A DNA stretch of 55,917 bases, counting the filler, from Basidioascus undulatus (taxonomy: Eukaryota), in assembly GCA_000826855.1 (NCBI GenBank). It is 5 parts of 5 records of this genome, joined end to end, with 100 filler letters (N's around TTAATTAATTAA, not from the genome) between each part and the next. Parts side by side here need not be neighbours in the genome. Positions count along the whole stretch, not along the records: positions 1 to 11,144 come from JTLS01001040.1; positions 11,245 to 22,377 come from JTLS01001041.1; 3 more parts are not named here. One strand, written 5' to 3'. Shown here in pieces: positions 1 through 13,391 of the stretch. Position 1 is the stretch's first letter. Every line of letters starts with the position of its first letter. The position numbers were made by a program, and so were the translations under genes. Below the pieces are notes generated by a model, which saw nothing but the letters and a program-made list of their open reading frames with translations, did not search any database and was not told where the DNA came from.

Positions 1-645
1 CAAGGCGAGAAGACGAGGTCGGTGGCGAAACCGGCGAGGGGGCGTTGAAGATCGAGGAAGAGAAGGTTGGGTTTGGTAGGGGAGAGTGGAGGGAGGGCGA
101 GCATGAATGTCTTCGATCCACCTGAGGTATTATGTGGGCTTGAAGGCAGGGACGTCGGGAGGATACGGCTTGGGAGGCAGAAGCGGATGTTATCTGCCGG
201 GCATATACTCGTCTGCCCATGCACTCTCGATCAAATTATATGCGTCGCCACTGAGACACCGGAGATCGCACGGTTCTACTCTGCCTGCACATCTCGCTAC
301 CCCTACCGCCTCAGGCAACCGCTCGCTGGTCCCAGCATTCCCCCCCCGCTCATCATCCTCCTCCCTACAGCCAGCATCCCCAACAATCCCAATCCATGCG
401 CTACCTAAACAACCCGGCCCCCGCCTCCCTTCACCTGACCTTCCCCTCCTCCATCGCGATCAAACGCGCGACGTCCCACCTGCGCTCTCCCTCCTGCCGA
501 AGCGTCGCATCTTTATCGCCCCCTCCGGTCCGGCTACCTCTCCGGCCCGGTGCCCCCTTCCCCTTCCCTCCCGCATGTCTTCGTCCATCTTCCAATCATA
601 CCATCTCCTTCTCCTTCAAAACTAAAGTAACCAGAAAGATTGAAT

Positions 646-3132
646 ATGGGGAACAACAACCAAAACCGCGTATTCATCGTCGGTGTGGGGTGCACGGCCT
701 TCAGCAAGCCGCGCGGGGAGCGGGAGACGCACGAGGTCCGCCTTCTCCTTCCCGTCTCATCTCCATCTCCCGTTCGATTTTTGGAGCTGAGATGGCGGTG
801 GGAGGAAGATGGCTCTCGAAGCAGCAACCAAAGCTCTCCTCGACGCTGGGGTGACGTACGACGACGTGCAGTTTGCGGCGGCGGGGTGTGGGTTGTCTTC
901 CTCGGGTTTGGAGGAAAGCAAGGGAGGGAGGGAGTGGGTGCTGATGGTTGGTCGGGTGGGGGAGATAGACGTGTATGGCGACTCGACGTGCGGCCAGAGA
1001 GCGCTGTACCAGCTGGGCATGACCGGGATTCCGGTCGTTAATGTCAATAACAAGTACGTCTTCTCTTCTTTTCTCCCTCTCTCTTTCCTGCCGTCCCGCT
1101 TTCCCTCCTCCTCTTCCCAGCAGAGAAAAGCCCCTCCTGACCCCTGCTCCCCTAGCTGCTCAACAGGATCCACAGCCCTCTACCTCTCCGCCTCCCAAAT
1201 CCTTTCCGGCGCGGCAGACTGCGCGCTCGCGGTCGGGTTCGAGCGGATGAACCCGGGGAGCTTGCGGAGCAACTGGCCGGATCGGGAGCCGCCGATGGTC
1301 TGCCCCGACTCCCGATAATGGTTGGGAGGAAGAGGGCTGATGATATGGTGTGCGGTTGGGGTTTTCGGGGGGAACAGGTGCCTTGGGGAGTGAAGATGGA
1401 GGAATGGAAGGGCGGGAAGAGTCAAGGCCCAGCGGCAGCTACTTACTTCGGTGGGTTCTCCTCCGCTCCTCCACCTCCCCCGAAGGCCTTGGACTCATAA
1501 TGGTGGTGGTTGGAAGGCAACGCTGCCCTGGAGTATGACCGCCTGCACGGTAGCGGCCCCTCGCACCTGGCCCAGATCGGTACTTTCTCCCTTTTAACCT
1601 CCCCCTTCCCTTCCCTTTCCCCTCTCCTGACAGAAGAAACGTATGGGGTGTGGGGACAGCGGAAAAAAACCACGCCCACTCCGCCTCCAACCCCTACTCC
1701 CAGTTCCGCAACACCCCCTCGGCAGAGGAAATCCTCGCCGCGCGGAAGATCACGGAGACTCTCACGCTGCCGATGTGTTCACCTACTTCCGATGGGGGTG
1801 CGTTTGTTTCGTACTTGGTGCAAATTGTCTACCCGGCTGATACCATGGACTGCCCACCCCGAACGCAGCTGCGGCTGTCATTGTGGCTTCGGAGGACTTT
1901 GTGAAGCAGCATGCGCTCCAGAACCAAGCGATCGAGCTCGTCGCGTTCACGCTTGCGACCGACGGGGCGGAGACATTCGAGAGTGGCAGTCTGCAGGAGA
2001 TTGCCGGGGCTAATATGACGAGGCGGGCTGCGAGTGCGTTTCTTTACCCCTCCTTCCCTTTCCCTTTTCCCTTTGCACTTTTGCTTTTTGGAACGCCATG
2101 TGGCTTTTTGGGGAGAGGAGAGGCTGATGCATGTAGGTAAAACAGAGGAGGTGTTTGAGAAAGCGGGTGCTAGCTCGGAGGACGTGGGCGTTGTGGAGCT
2201 GCATGACTGTGGGTCTTCCTCCCCTTTCCCTAGTCCTTGTTCCTCCCCTTGAGTTTGGGACTAACGTGGGGTGGGGGAAACAGGTTTCGCCGCCAACGAG
2301 CTGATCACGTACGATGCGCTCGGGTTGTGCAAGCCTGGCGAGGCGCATCGGATGTGCGAAAGGGGGGATAACACTGTGCGTTCGTTTCCTTCTTCCCTTC
2401 CTTTATTTCTTTTTTCTCTCTGCCTCTATTCTCTTCAGCGCGGGCTGAACGCTGGGCGTGTCGGAACAGTACGGTGGGAAATACGTGGTGAACCCCTCGG
2501 GCGGCCTCGAGGCGAAGGGACACCGTACGTCCTCACCCTTCTCCCTCCGTTTACTACCTCCTCACGCAACTCCCAGCAGCACTCGGCGCGACTGGTCTCG
2601 GGATGCATGTGCCCACTATTTCCTCTCACTACAATTGCTTGTTCATGGTTGTTGATTCAAAGAGCGGCACGCAGTTCTACATAACCACCCAGCTCCGCAA
2701 CTGGGCGGGGCCGATGCAGGCTCCGGGGCTGTTCGAAAAATCGGAAAGGGGGAAGTTCGGGCTGGTGCACAATCTCGGTGCGCTTTCCTCCTCTTCTCTC
2801 CCTCTTTCCTTCCGCCAGGTAGATGGCTGAGGTTGGAGCGGCGGTGTCGGCCACCAGGGCTCGGTGGCGCAGCGTACGTCGGCCTTTTACGCCGGCCGGA
2901 GTTCTACGCCGAAGGCGGTCCGGATGGGCGGGACCGGTGCGTTTGCCCTTCCCCCTCCTCTCCATGCCTTCGTTTCTTCGGGAGAAAGAGGCTGAAAGAA
3001 GGTGGCGCGGCAAGGCTGGGGTACAACCACGCGCATGAGCTGCGCGGGATCTCGATGGCGGATGTGGACAAGGTTAAGAGTAGGAAAAAGGGGAGTGCGT
3101 GGTTGACCGGGTTGGGGACGGCGAAACTATGA
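646..3132 (+). CDS. SCP-x / SCP2-type thiolase (non-specific lipid-transfer protein thiolase domain), peroxisomal, multi-intron
   Basis: Spliced translation gives [55 protein letters not shown] (catalytic Cys), KNHAHSASNPYSQFR, CSPTSDG, VVELHDCFAANELITYDALGL, NPSGGLEAKGHPLGATGLG and HNLGLGGA. Ends in AKL* (PTS1). GT-AG introns. Confidence 0.93.
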
Positions 3133-4232
3133 GGACCGAAGGAAGTTCGTTGTCATTTCGAGAGGTGTAGTGGACAGTCGGACGTTCAGGCGGGCGGGCT
3201 CGCGTTGTATGCCAGATCTTTATACTGTGTTCGCGGATGGGATGGCGATAATACCGCATGAACTGCGGATGCCTGAGCGCTTGTTGTCATTGATGGTGGC
3301 CTGTTCGTCAAAGCAACTAGAAACATTCGTGGAATGAACCGCCAGTAGCTCCGGGGGGCTATCACGCTGCAACGATGACTGCGCTTCATTGCACGCTCTC
3401 CGGCACTTCCATGGGTCTCAGCGGACATATTAAACAACGGAGGTTTGTCAAAACTCTCTGAAAAGTGAATACAGACACATCTACTGGACCGGACAGGGAT
3501 GGGCGAGCTCTGAGCTGCGATGATCATGGCGTCATGACTCGGTCTTCCTGCCTTCCCATCACGGCGCATCTTACTCTCCCGACTGGCTCCTCCCAGCTTC
3601 CGGTCCCCGACTTCTGAAACTTCCCGATAGCCATGCCCTCTCGAGCAGTAGGGCGTACCGAACATAAAAGGTCAGAAGGACGGGTGTGAATGGACGTTGA
3701 CACGAGACTTGCGAACTTGAAGTTGAATTCTGACATACCGCACAGACGAAGAGTTCAGGCTTGAACTTTGTGGAGAATGTGCACTGCTCTATAGCCGTAG
3801 TCTCTCAGTCAGTATGTGGTCTTTTGGTTTAGCCACGCGATTTATCAGATGGGGGCGCGCTCTGGCGGTTCGCTCAAGGATGCGAGAGCGCTCTCACTGA
3901 TCTCGTGCTTATTTTAAGTGGCGCAGCTTAGCAATGAAACGGTGTTTCCGTTGGTCGCAGTACTGGGATGCTAGACGTGTTGGACAGGAGGAGATCAGAG
4001 CGACTCTTTAAGTGCACGACGTGCCGGCGGGCGCTGTCGGCGCCGTGTGGTGCCGCGTGGTGCATGACGGTTCCGAATGGCCTAGCTATGTACATGGCTC
4101 CACCCGAGTCTGGATGGGACGCTGAAGATCATTCACGCCAACAAGCGTGCAAAAGTTGAGGACCGGCTAGATGCTGAAAACATGTAGGGCAATGCCAGTG
4201 GGGGGAGGAGCAGGGCACGGTGCAAAAGAATG

Positions 4233-4324
4233 CGACCAGAGCAGGATTTGAACCTACGCGGGCAAAGCCCATGAGATGTCGTTTGAATTCGAGTCTCACG
4301 CCTTAACCGCTCGGCCATCTGGTC
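4233..4324 (-). tRNA. tRNA-Ser(CGA) with 10-nt intron
   Basis: Reverse complement folds into a cloverleaf: acceptor GACCAGA/TCTGGTC, D arm GCCGAGCGGTTAAGGC, anticodon stem TGAGA/TCTCA with loop CT-CGA-A, intron TTCAAACGAC, long variable arm GGGCTTTGCCC, T arm GTAGG-TTCAAAT-CCTGC, discriminator G. A TTTT terminator follows. Confidence 0.95.
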
Positions 4325-7300
4325 ATAAATTCCGTTGTACATAATTCTACACAACTTTTGCTGAAGCTGTTTCGCAAGACCCAGCCTCTCCACCACAGTT
4401 CAAGACCTGCAGGTTGGTCGAAACTTTCGCTGTAAGTTCCGTATCTTTGGCCATTACATCACATTCTATCCACAGTAAAACGAGAAACCATGAGCTGGGG
4501 GCGATGCTTTCACTGTGTCGTTGCTGTGCACATTAAATGTTGGTTCAGGTTAATGATCAACATGGCCTATCATTGTTCTAAGTACTTTTATATTTTGATT
4601 CTGAGTCTTTATACCGAGATGAGCCAGAGCTGTACATGCTCGAAATGGAGATCACACAGCATTCCAAAGACTACAGACAGCAGAAGCTCCATTGCCCCTC
4701 CTGGCTAGTTCCCCTCCCTCATAGTCATAGATGGGGAAGTCCGTGAAATTGAAGTTTCCCTTTTCAGAGGTTTCTATGCAGCGTGGGGAGCAGGTTTGGT
4801 TCGGTACCAGGTGAGAGACCTGACGACAATGGAGATTTGGAGAATGAAGTTTCGAAAATAGCCTATTTCCACTCGAACTGGGTAATGTCAGTTGAGGTTC
4901 AGCTCAGTGCAAGCAGTATGTAATTCAAGACACAGAAGAGAGAACTCACCAGACCGATCGTACGCGTCCGCCTGTTCCTCCTCGTCATCCTCATTATATT
5001 TCATAGTATCAACCACGTTCAAACTAATGTCCCTCCATTTCCCTCTTCCGTCCTTCGCCTTATCAACCCCGTCGAACGTATCCCTTCCGCGAGGAAGTAC
5101 ATTGGGTACAACCCCTCGCCGCCCACGCCAGCCGTGCATGCGGCATGCTCTGGGCCGACGAGCGCGCGAAGTCGCGCAACGTGCCTGTTCACGTGGGAAC
5201 GGGAAAGACTCGGTTAGGGTTGCGGAGGAGTTGGAGACGAAGACGAAGACGGCGAGGGCGCGAAGTGCGTGCGGATGACAGCGTAAGCGAGTTCAGCATC
5301 GTCGTTGTTGAGCCCGTCGTGCCTCGTTGACTCCACGAGAGGGATTGGTTCGGACATGGGGAGACTGCGAGAGGACACAGCTCGGTAACGACGAAGATCG
5401 GCGACGTCTGGGGATTGCTACACACTACCAAAGGAAGACAATCGCCTCGGTAGCATACCAGAGTACAATTATCCTCTCAACACTCCAAAGCACGTTTGGG
5501 TACACTCTAACGGTTCTCCAATTGAATTAAACTCCGTTGTAAGGAACGTATATGTGTGGTCTTTCGCCCTCTGAACTCGAAAATGCGACTTGGATTGTAA
5601 GTCAAGGTTGAGGACCCTTTTCCCGCCTTCCATATTGCCCCTCCCCGCTCCGATGTCGACTGGCCCGAGTCGCCCTGCTTGTCCGTCTCCTCGCTCTGCC
5701 CGCTCACGCCCCGGTGAGCCATCTGCGGTGGGGACCGGACTCTGTGGTGAAGACTGGTGCGGCTAAGAAGGTCCGCTTCCAGGAGGAGTAGGTGTGGTGG
5801 GCTCAGGCATGATTGAGCTGCGGATTTCGAGGGGTTGGGACTGCTTGCCGGTCGGACGGTGCCGTTGCTTGCTTTCTGGTTTCTGCGAATGGCTGTACTG
5901 TAGGATCGGATCCCCTGTTGTTGTAATTTTATCGAATACTTCCATCCACCTCATTTTTGCTCTGCACATACTCAACAAATACGACTGAGAGCTTTGCGTG
6001 GGCTGCACACAAACGTTGCTGACACATTCATGCGCCCTCTCAAAGTGCGCTTTTGGACACCAAACGGATGGTTCTTCTCGTACACAAGTGTAATCACTCC
6101 AAGAACTTTGAGCAATGCAGCTCTGCGGTACGCGCATACTATCCGCGACAGCGACAGTGCGGCTGCAGGCGGTGTGCATCCCTACTGAGGCGAATTTGGT
6201 GGGAGTCTATATTCTGGCAGATCCTTCCTAAATACCAAGCAATGCGAGCCGCTGGGACGCACATGGCCGCCCCATTCCGCGATTGCCGAGCCCTTGTGTT
6301 GCTCTGAGACATGAGCACAGCAAGGGAAGGCTGGCTCGCCATGAGTGCCACTTCGGCGGAATACAAGATAAATTATGAGACCTTATAGGATAATATCTTT
6401 GAGCAGCAGTGGAAGGCTCCAAAGGCTTGAGCAGGGGTGGTGCCGGTAGGCACCCAGCTCCAGGCCTGAACGCGCATGTGCATTATAGCGTTCGTGGAAG
6501 GTAAAACCCATGATCCTTCCATCGTTTTCTTGTAGTCTTCCCCCAGATTCAGCACAGACCCTGTTTGGTTCCTATCGGGGGCGCTTGGCGCGCACGACGG
6601 TGCAGCGCCTCTTTAATATCTATACCATGAGATTTTCTCAGCTTGGAACAATCCAACACAGTTCAATTCTCCGGCTCCTTGTAATTACCCCACAGCCCAA
6701 ATTTTGTCCCGCCGAAATCAACCACATGCCCTAGGGATCTGCTTCTGTTCGCCTCGCTGCTTCAAGCTGGACTCACGGTGAGAGCACATACACGCCCACT
6801 CAGCTTCCACCTGGCACACCAACATCCAATCCCCCGGGCCGCAAACTATTCTCTATCCACTGTGGGGCTCATATCTATCACTTGCTTCGACTCTTCGCTC
6901 GCCACGGCCGTCTGACATTGCTTTGCGGGTGGGCGAAGCGGCAGCTTGGCTCGAGCGTTCTCCCCATCCCCTGAATAAAGAAGCCTCGGGTTGATAAATA
7001 AGTTTTGGGTTGAATTTTTTTACATTTTTTGGAGTATGGGTAGTAATTTGAATTTGAACCGCTTTCAGGACACTGCCACTGATCGTCTGGCTATGAGCCG
7101 CAGGCTCCTTCGCTCGCTTTGCGCTTCGAACGAAACTTTAACATCCCTTGCGTGCTGAAACACAGTAGTGTCCGTTTCAAGCCGATAAAAATACTGGGAA
7201 GCATTTTGCAACCTTTCCAGCCGTCGTGCTCCAGCTTCCCAGCAGCCCGTGCCCGAGCGTACGTTGTCCCACAGCACGATCTCCCTGTTTACAAGTCGCA

Positions 7301-7944
7301 ACTCGCTCTGTACTTAGCTGGGAGCCTTTAATTTCCTTCAGTCCTAGTTATTATCTCAATTGGCCACTCTTTTATGTATAGGAGCGCTACGTTAGACGCT
7401 TGTTCATGTGTAGCTGTCGCACGACAAATTAAGGCGGCCCAAGGCCTCTCGCTGCGCCTGCATCCAGCGGATCGTCGAGCCATGGTGTATCCTGGCGAGT
7501 ACATAATCCCTAACCAGCATTCTTATGAAGAAAATGCGTTATCTCTTTTCGTCATGCACGTTCACATCGAGCCCGAAAGCCAGCTTTCGACTGGCTGCGT
7601 CGATACCGCAGCTCTTTCGCGAGCCTTCGTGCCTTCGGGATCGGGCCTCGCCACGCGGAGGTGCCACACAAAGTATCGGAGATGAATTTCTTTATGAGAG
7701 CGGCGATGGTGAGAACGGCGATGAGGTGAAGGCGCTGAGTTTGCGTCACGTGCGCTGCGCACCAACAGATGAGGTCACGTCCGCTGGAATCGCACGCAGG
7801 TGAGCACGGCAGCTGAGCGTCTCGCGTATTTCAACCGCTGTTGCTGCTGCCTTCCTCCCACGACAATCCACATCCATCTGAACAATTAGTTGAAGCACAC
7901 ATTCAATCGCGTATACGCCCTACACGCCATCAGAAACACCCATC

Positions 7945-8703
7945 ATGTCCGGCAACTCGCTCCCCCCTCGCCATGAGATGGTAAGCGGTGCATTCACAGC
8001 GCTGTGGACCGTAGGATGGAATCGAATGCTCATCATGGCCTTGCCACCCCCAAACAGCCCAAGGGCAACGGTCCTCGCCAGACCGCGACCATCTTCAACC
8101 GCTTCGCCCGGCGCGACCCTGCGCTGTACCCGGTAAGCCCTAACCCATATGCAGTGGTCTGTTGCAAGGGGCTCATCATCGGGCGGGACACGCAGCTTGC
8201 CGCCATCGTCGCTGCGATCGCTGGGGTTGCCGGCTGGACTGCTATGCACAGTGCGTCATACAGCTCCCCATGTTCCGGGCAGAAGGTTTCCCATGCTCAC
8301 GATGGGGGGATGTCGTGCCTTACTTGTACAGAATCTTCCACCCACTCTCCCGAGCGCAAGTTCGTGAGCACCTCGTTCGACCCCGACAAGGTCGGCGGTC
8401 CTACCCAGGTAGCCGAGTGGAGGTACCAGGTGCGTTCCAAAGCTGCTCAAGCCATCTGCTTGAGCGACTCCATTTTGACTGGGAGTCGCGTTGCAGTATG
8501 AGAATCGGAAGACGGGGGAGTCCACGACCCCGTCGATCCTGAGCTCCACCGAGGTTGACGTGAGTGACCGTAGCGAGGCCGTCGCCTTGCTGTAGGTCTC
8601 TCTCTTCGAGATCGTCCGGAGTGCTGACTTGTGTTGGTTTGCACTGCAGGCCTCGTCGGTCCCGGCCAACCTCCGCGACAAGTACCTCCGACGGTCCACT
8701 TGA
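7945..8703 (+). CDS. Small single-TM protein resembling the NDUFA4/MLRQ (B12D) family, 6 exons
   Basis: Clean GT-AG splicing gives MSGNSLPPRHEM-PKGNGPRQTATIFNRFARRDPALYP-LAAIVAAIAGVAGWTAMH-KSSTHSPERKFV...WRYQ-YENRKTGE...-ASSVPANLRDKYLRRST*. DPALYPL followed by a TM helix resembles the HPSLIPL pattern of NDUFA4/B12D. Family call is an inference. Confidence 0.6.
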
Positions 8704-9601
8704 GTTCCCGGGAATCGTTCTGCTGTTTGACTTCGCATGGCCGTAATGACACTACTTCTTTGACTTCGCATCATGAATGTATTTGACGAACAATTGACTT
8801 GCACATGCGGAGCGAGTGTGCGAGCGTAGCCATTCTTGTCTGCCGGTAAACCCTCGTGCACAGTAACTGTATGAGGTCGGGGCTGAGTACCGGGAGACGA
8901 CCGAGTAGTCTTCCTTGTCGGCGTACTGTCGCACTCGCATTTGCACATCTCAAAAGCGGTTGTAGTAGTGCTGAGGGAGGAATCGTGTGCGGCAGGCCGG
9001 CAGGTTAGCCAAGCTGCGACCGATTTGACTGCAGTACCCATAAACCGTTCTTACAAACACTGCACGGTCAAAGCCAGCTTGAATTCAAGAAAACGCCCCA
9101 GCAGCTCTTCCAGGCCAGACACTACGTCGCCAGCGTACTCACGCCGCATCACGGTACAGGCCCAACAGTCGGTCCCTGTCATCAGCACACAGCACTCAAC
9201 GAACAGCGGCTAGTCAAGAACCATAGCAGAAACTGCATTATCAACTGGGAACAAGCTTCTTCACACGATTTGAAACAAATACCCAGGAAACAGTGGTTGA
9301 CGATGAATTCTAGGCGCAGAGGCAGACCCGCTGTAGCCAGCCCCCGCAGCCATCCAGTGGCACCATGACATTCGTCCTCAATGTCGCTGTACTGAAACTA
9401 ATTAAAAAAACCGACATAACTATGTATAGTGGCTAAGCAATTTTGGTCGCGTATAAAGGCAGGTTGTTGGGCGGCACGTCGTTGCGTACTCTTCTGCAGG
9501 CTTGAGACGAACGCTACGGATCACTCTCTCATGCAATGCCAACGAGCTGTAGACCAAGAAGCGCTTTCCATGGCCTCGTTATGTAAACTAGTAATACATC
9601 A

Positions 9602-10060
<459 letters not shown>

Positions 10061-10826
10061 AATTGATAGAGTGTTGATGGGGAGGTGTGGGGAGTGGGGT
10101 GTATGCGAGGTGAAGACCGAAGTCTGGTGGGTGTGTGCGAGTGGTGGATGAGGAGATGGGGACTTACGACAGTGGCGAAGAAGCAGCCCGCTTTTGAGTT
10201 GTTTGGACGGCCGCGTGCGGATCAGAGGACCAGCGCCATCAACACTCGAAGGACGCAATCAAATCGTCTGTGACCAATGAGGGCAAGGGTAGACTAGGCT
10301 GGGGCGGCTGGCAGGAAGACGCTTGATCGCGGCGCTCGCTGATTCGGATCAGACTTCGCCAGAACACTTGATCGCTTCTTTCGTTCGCTTCGTTCTCGCC
10401 ATCAAATGGCTCACTGTCAAGAATCTTCTATTGAACTTTCTTATTCTATTAGCTCTTAGATGTATCTAGAAAAATGCTGAAGACATCAGCGAGAAACTGC
10501 CTGTGGACGCGTGCAGGCGCTGCGCGTCTCGAGTCCGACGCGTCTGATCATTTCTTGTCTACGTGTCTTCTCTTCGATCCGCCAAGCATACACTCGCAAT
10601 CAGACGCTTGACTCTAATCTGATCCGCTGCAGCCTGACAATCACAACGGCTGATCAAACAGTATGTGCTTTGATTTTGCGGTCGGCCGTGGCGGCGCGAA
10701 AGTACATGAGGGCGTGCTTTGACGGTTGACCTCCTCTCCACATTCCCCCACTCGCACTTCGCACTCGCATTCCACTCGCACTCCCACACCCAGCCACCTC
10801 AACCTTCCACGCAACACTCTATCGCA
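10061..10826. promoter_or_regulatory. Shared divergent H4/H3 promoter region
   Basis: Head-to-head histone genes. Contains repeated CGGATC/TGATC motifs and two ACGCGT (MCB-like) hexamers at 10507 and 10538. Confidence 0.75.
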
Positions 10827-11144
<318 letters not shown>

Positions 11145-11244
11145 NNNNNNNNNNNNNNNNNNNNNNNNNNNNNNNNNNNNNNNNNNNNTTAATTAATTAA
11201 NNNNNNNNNNNNNNNNNNNNNNNNNNNNNNNNNNNNNNNNNNNN
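11145..11244. other. Artificial contig linker (N44-TTAATTAATTAA-N44)
   Basis: 100-nt spacer with stops in all six frames. The identical spacer occurs four times. Confidence 0.98.
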
Positions 11245-13263
11245 CCCTAGCGCGAACGCTCGCGATCAGCAAGCTGCCGGCACTCACGCCCAGGAGCACC
11301 GTCCCCTTCCCGAGCCCGTTTGGATGGCACACGTCGCCGTCGCCGCAGAGGGCGGGGACTTGGCCTAGGAGGAACGAGCATCTGTGGTGGATGACGTGCG
11401 ATGGCTTTTGAGGACTGAGTTCGGTCCCAATTGGGGAGCGGGAGGGCGGCTGCGTCGCATACCCGGTTGTGTTCTTGCACCCTTTCCTTCCTTTGGGATA
11501 CTTCATCCTTCTTCTTACTTTACCTTGATCACCTTAATACTTCCCACATACTTGATTTATTGTCACCGCGATGTTGGGCCTTCGCATTCATCCATGACGC
11601 CTGCACCAGCGAAGCAGGAGGCGGTGAAGGCCATACCTCCTCACAATTTTGCATTCTTGTATTGGCGAGGAACAGGGCACTCGAATAGTCGCATATTGTA
11701 TGCGTGACTTGAATTACCGCTCGACCGCGGTGGCGGCAGCAATCAGCTCGATCGGCTTACAGCTGGTAGATCCGCTTCAGGATCGTTCTGGCTGGGAATA
11801 ACTACAGGCTAAAATGTAGAGGAACAACGAGGCGTGACGTGGAGAACTTGAAAGTTAGCCCAATGCGCGACACTGTCACCTCGGCGCCTAACGAAAGAAG
11901 ACCAGTAGTGGGTAACGCGGCGTCATCAGCGAGACTGCACGCAGTGTCGGCACGCTTCTGGAGAAAATCGACCAAAACATGTTTTTGAAGAGAATCTCGA
12001 GAAAGCCTATGATGCTATTCTTCACCTGGAGCAGTTTGAGCCACTACCTCCTCGACTAAAACCATGGCCCGGAAGCGTTGCGCACCGGCTGCCTTCGACC
12101 ATAGAAAACACCCATTGACTGTATAGTTATTCACTCTACCCTCTACTCTGAACTGGCGGACTGCAAGCCAGAGAGTGGCCGCTCCTTGGCTTCGGTGTAC
12201 AGCGGCTGACCCCACTTACTTTCCACAGGTCGCGCAAGTGCGCCACGGTGCAAGTGAACTGCATTTTTATTTTAACTATTTTGCACCATGGTTTTTTCTG
12301 TACCTCGTCCCATAAGCTTTGTCCATAGAATTGGAATGTCGTACTGCATGGTTTGAATGGCGAGCTTGCCGACGTTGCATTGCTCGACAGGATTCTACAT
12401 CATCACGCAAATGATTGCCCCTGAGAAGTATTGATCGGATCGGATCAGACAATATATATTATTGTACTCTGTATCAAGACTGAGACTGCACTGTCCCCAT
12501 GGCGAACACGCAAGTGAGCCACGGAGAATCACCTTCCGGTTGCGGGTGTGCTCTTATCGCGGTCCACTGCCAGATTGCGCCTGTGTGCAAGGCTTTAAAT
12601 TCGCTATTAGATATATCTAGAGACAGTGCTGAGGCGAATTTGGTTCGGCAGTCCGAAGCTGAGGTGCTGAAGTTTCGCAGCGCAACAACAGTGTTTGTTT
12701 TCCGGTGCCCGACGCGCGAGGGTGCGTGTGTGGAGTGGGAAGGTTGAGAAACACTGTGTCTTATGGAAAAGTTTATTAGGACATCTCTTAAGGTAATTTA
12801 CGGAAAAGGACTTCTTAAGTAGAAGAGCAAGTCTTATTTATGTGCTTCCTCCAGAATCAGACGAACGGCCAGGCAAGCCCCAACTCAGGTCTTGCGCAAC
12901 GCTTCCACTCTGCGCTCATGTTCAACGGGACCGTCGACTGCTCTCCATTGGTAGGTAGGCATCTTGTACCTTTTGTCAACATAATACCTGCCTGCTTTTC
13001 TGGAGTCGCTGCAACGGCTTGATATGCTCGATGTCAATAGCTGCGGCAAGAAAACCACTGGGGTGCTCCCCGGACCGGTAACAGCGCCCTCCACGTGCTG
13101 CGATACGGCGGGCCAATGGACGCTGTTTCTTTAGCGCGGCCCTCCGCCGCAGTACATTCTACTGCCGTCGAATGCCAACCTCAGATGACCGTACCAAGCG
13201 TGAAAGAGGGTGTGTATGTGAGTGATCGGCGGTGTCAATCTGCGCCGCTGCGGCAAGGATGTG

Positions 13264-13269
13264 TATAAG
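13264..13269 (+). promoter_or_regulatory. Putative TATA box of the GH88 gene
   Basis: TATAAG about 130 nt upstream of the ATG, followed by a CT-rich leader. Confidence 0.4.
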
Positions 13270-13391
13270 AGCAGGACGAGCAGACGTGCTGTTCCTGGTT
13301 TCCCCTTCATTTCACCCCCCGACGCCTCTTACCCTGCGAGCAACGCTCATCTTCTTATAGACCCCCCAATAACCCCTTGCCTCCGTCACAG

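Noticed and set aside
1..104. Possible 5' end of a minus-strand gene (MLALPPLSPTKPNLLFLDLQ...)
   Set aside because: Too short and cut by the window edge, so it cannot be supported.
4890..7800. Scattered ORFs as a transposon or gene
   Set aside because: No recognisable transposase or RT motifs, no terminal repeats and no consistent splice model.
11189..11200. Recurring TTAATTAATTAA as a biological repeat or piggyBac TTAA site
   Set aside because: Always centred in N44 flanks, so it is a synthetic six-frame-stop linker.
11245..11411. Possible 3' end of a gene (...RRNEHLWWMTCDGF*)
   Set aside because: Short fragment at a contig start with an ambiguous frame.
12243..12290. Short inverted repeat CCACGGTGCAA/TTGCACCATGG around an AT-rich spacer
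   Set aside because: Only 10 of 11 bases match, with no TSD or second copy. Could be chance.
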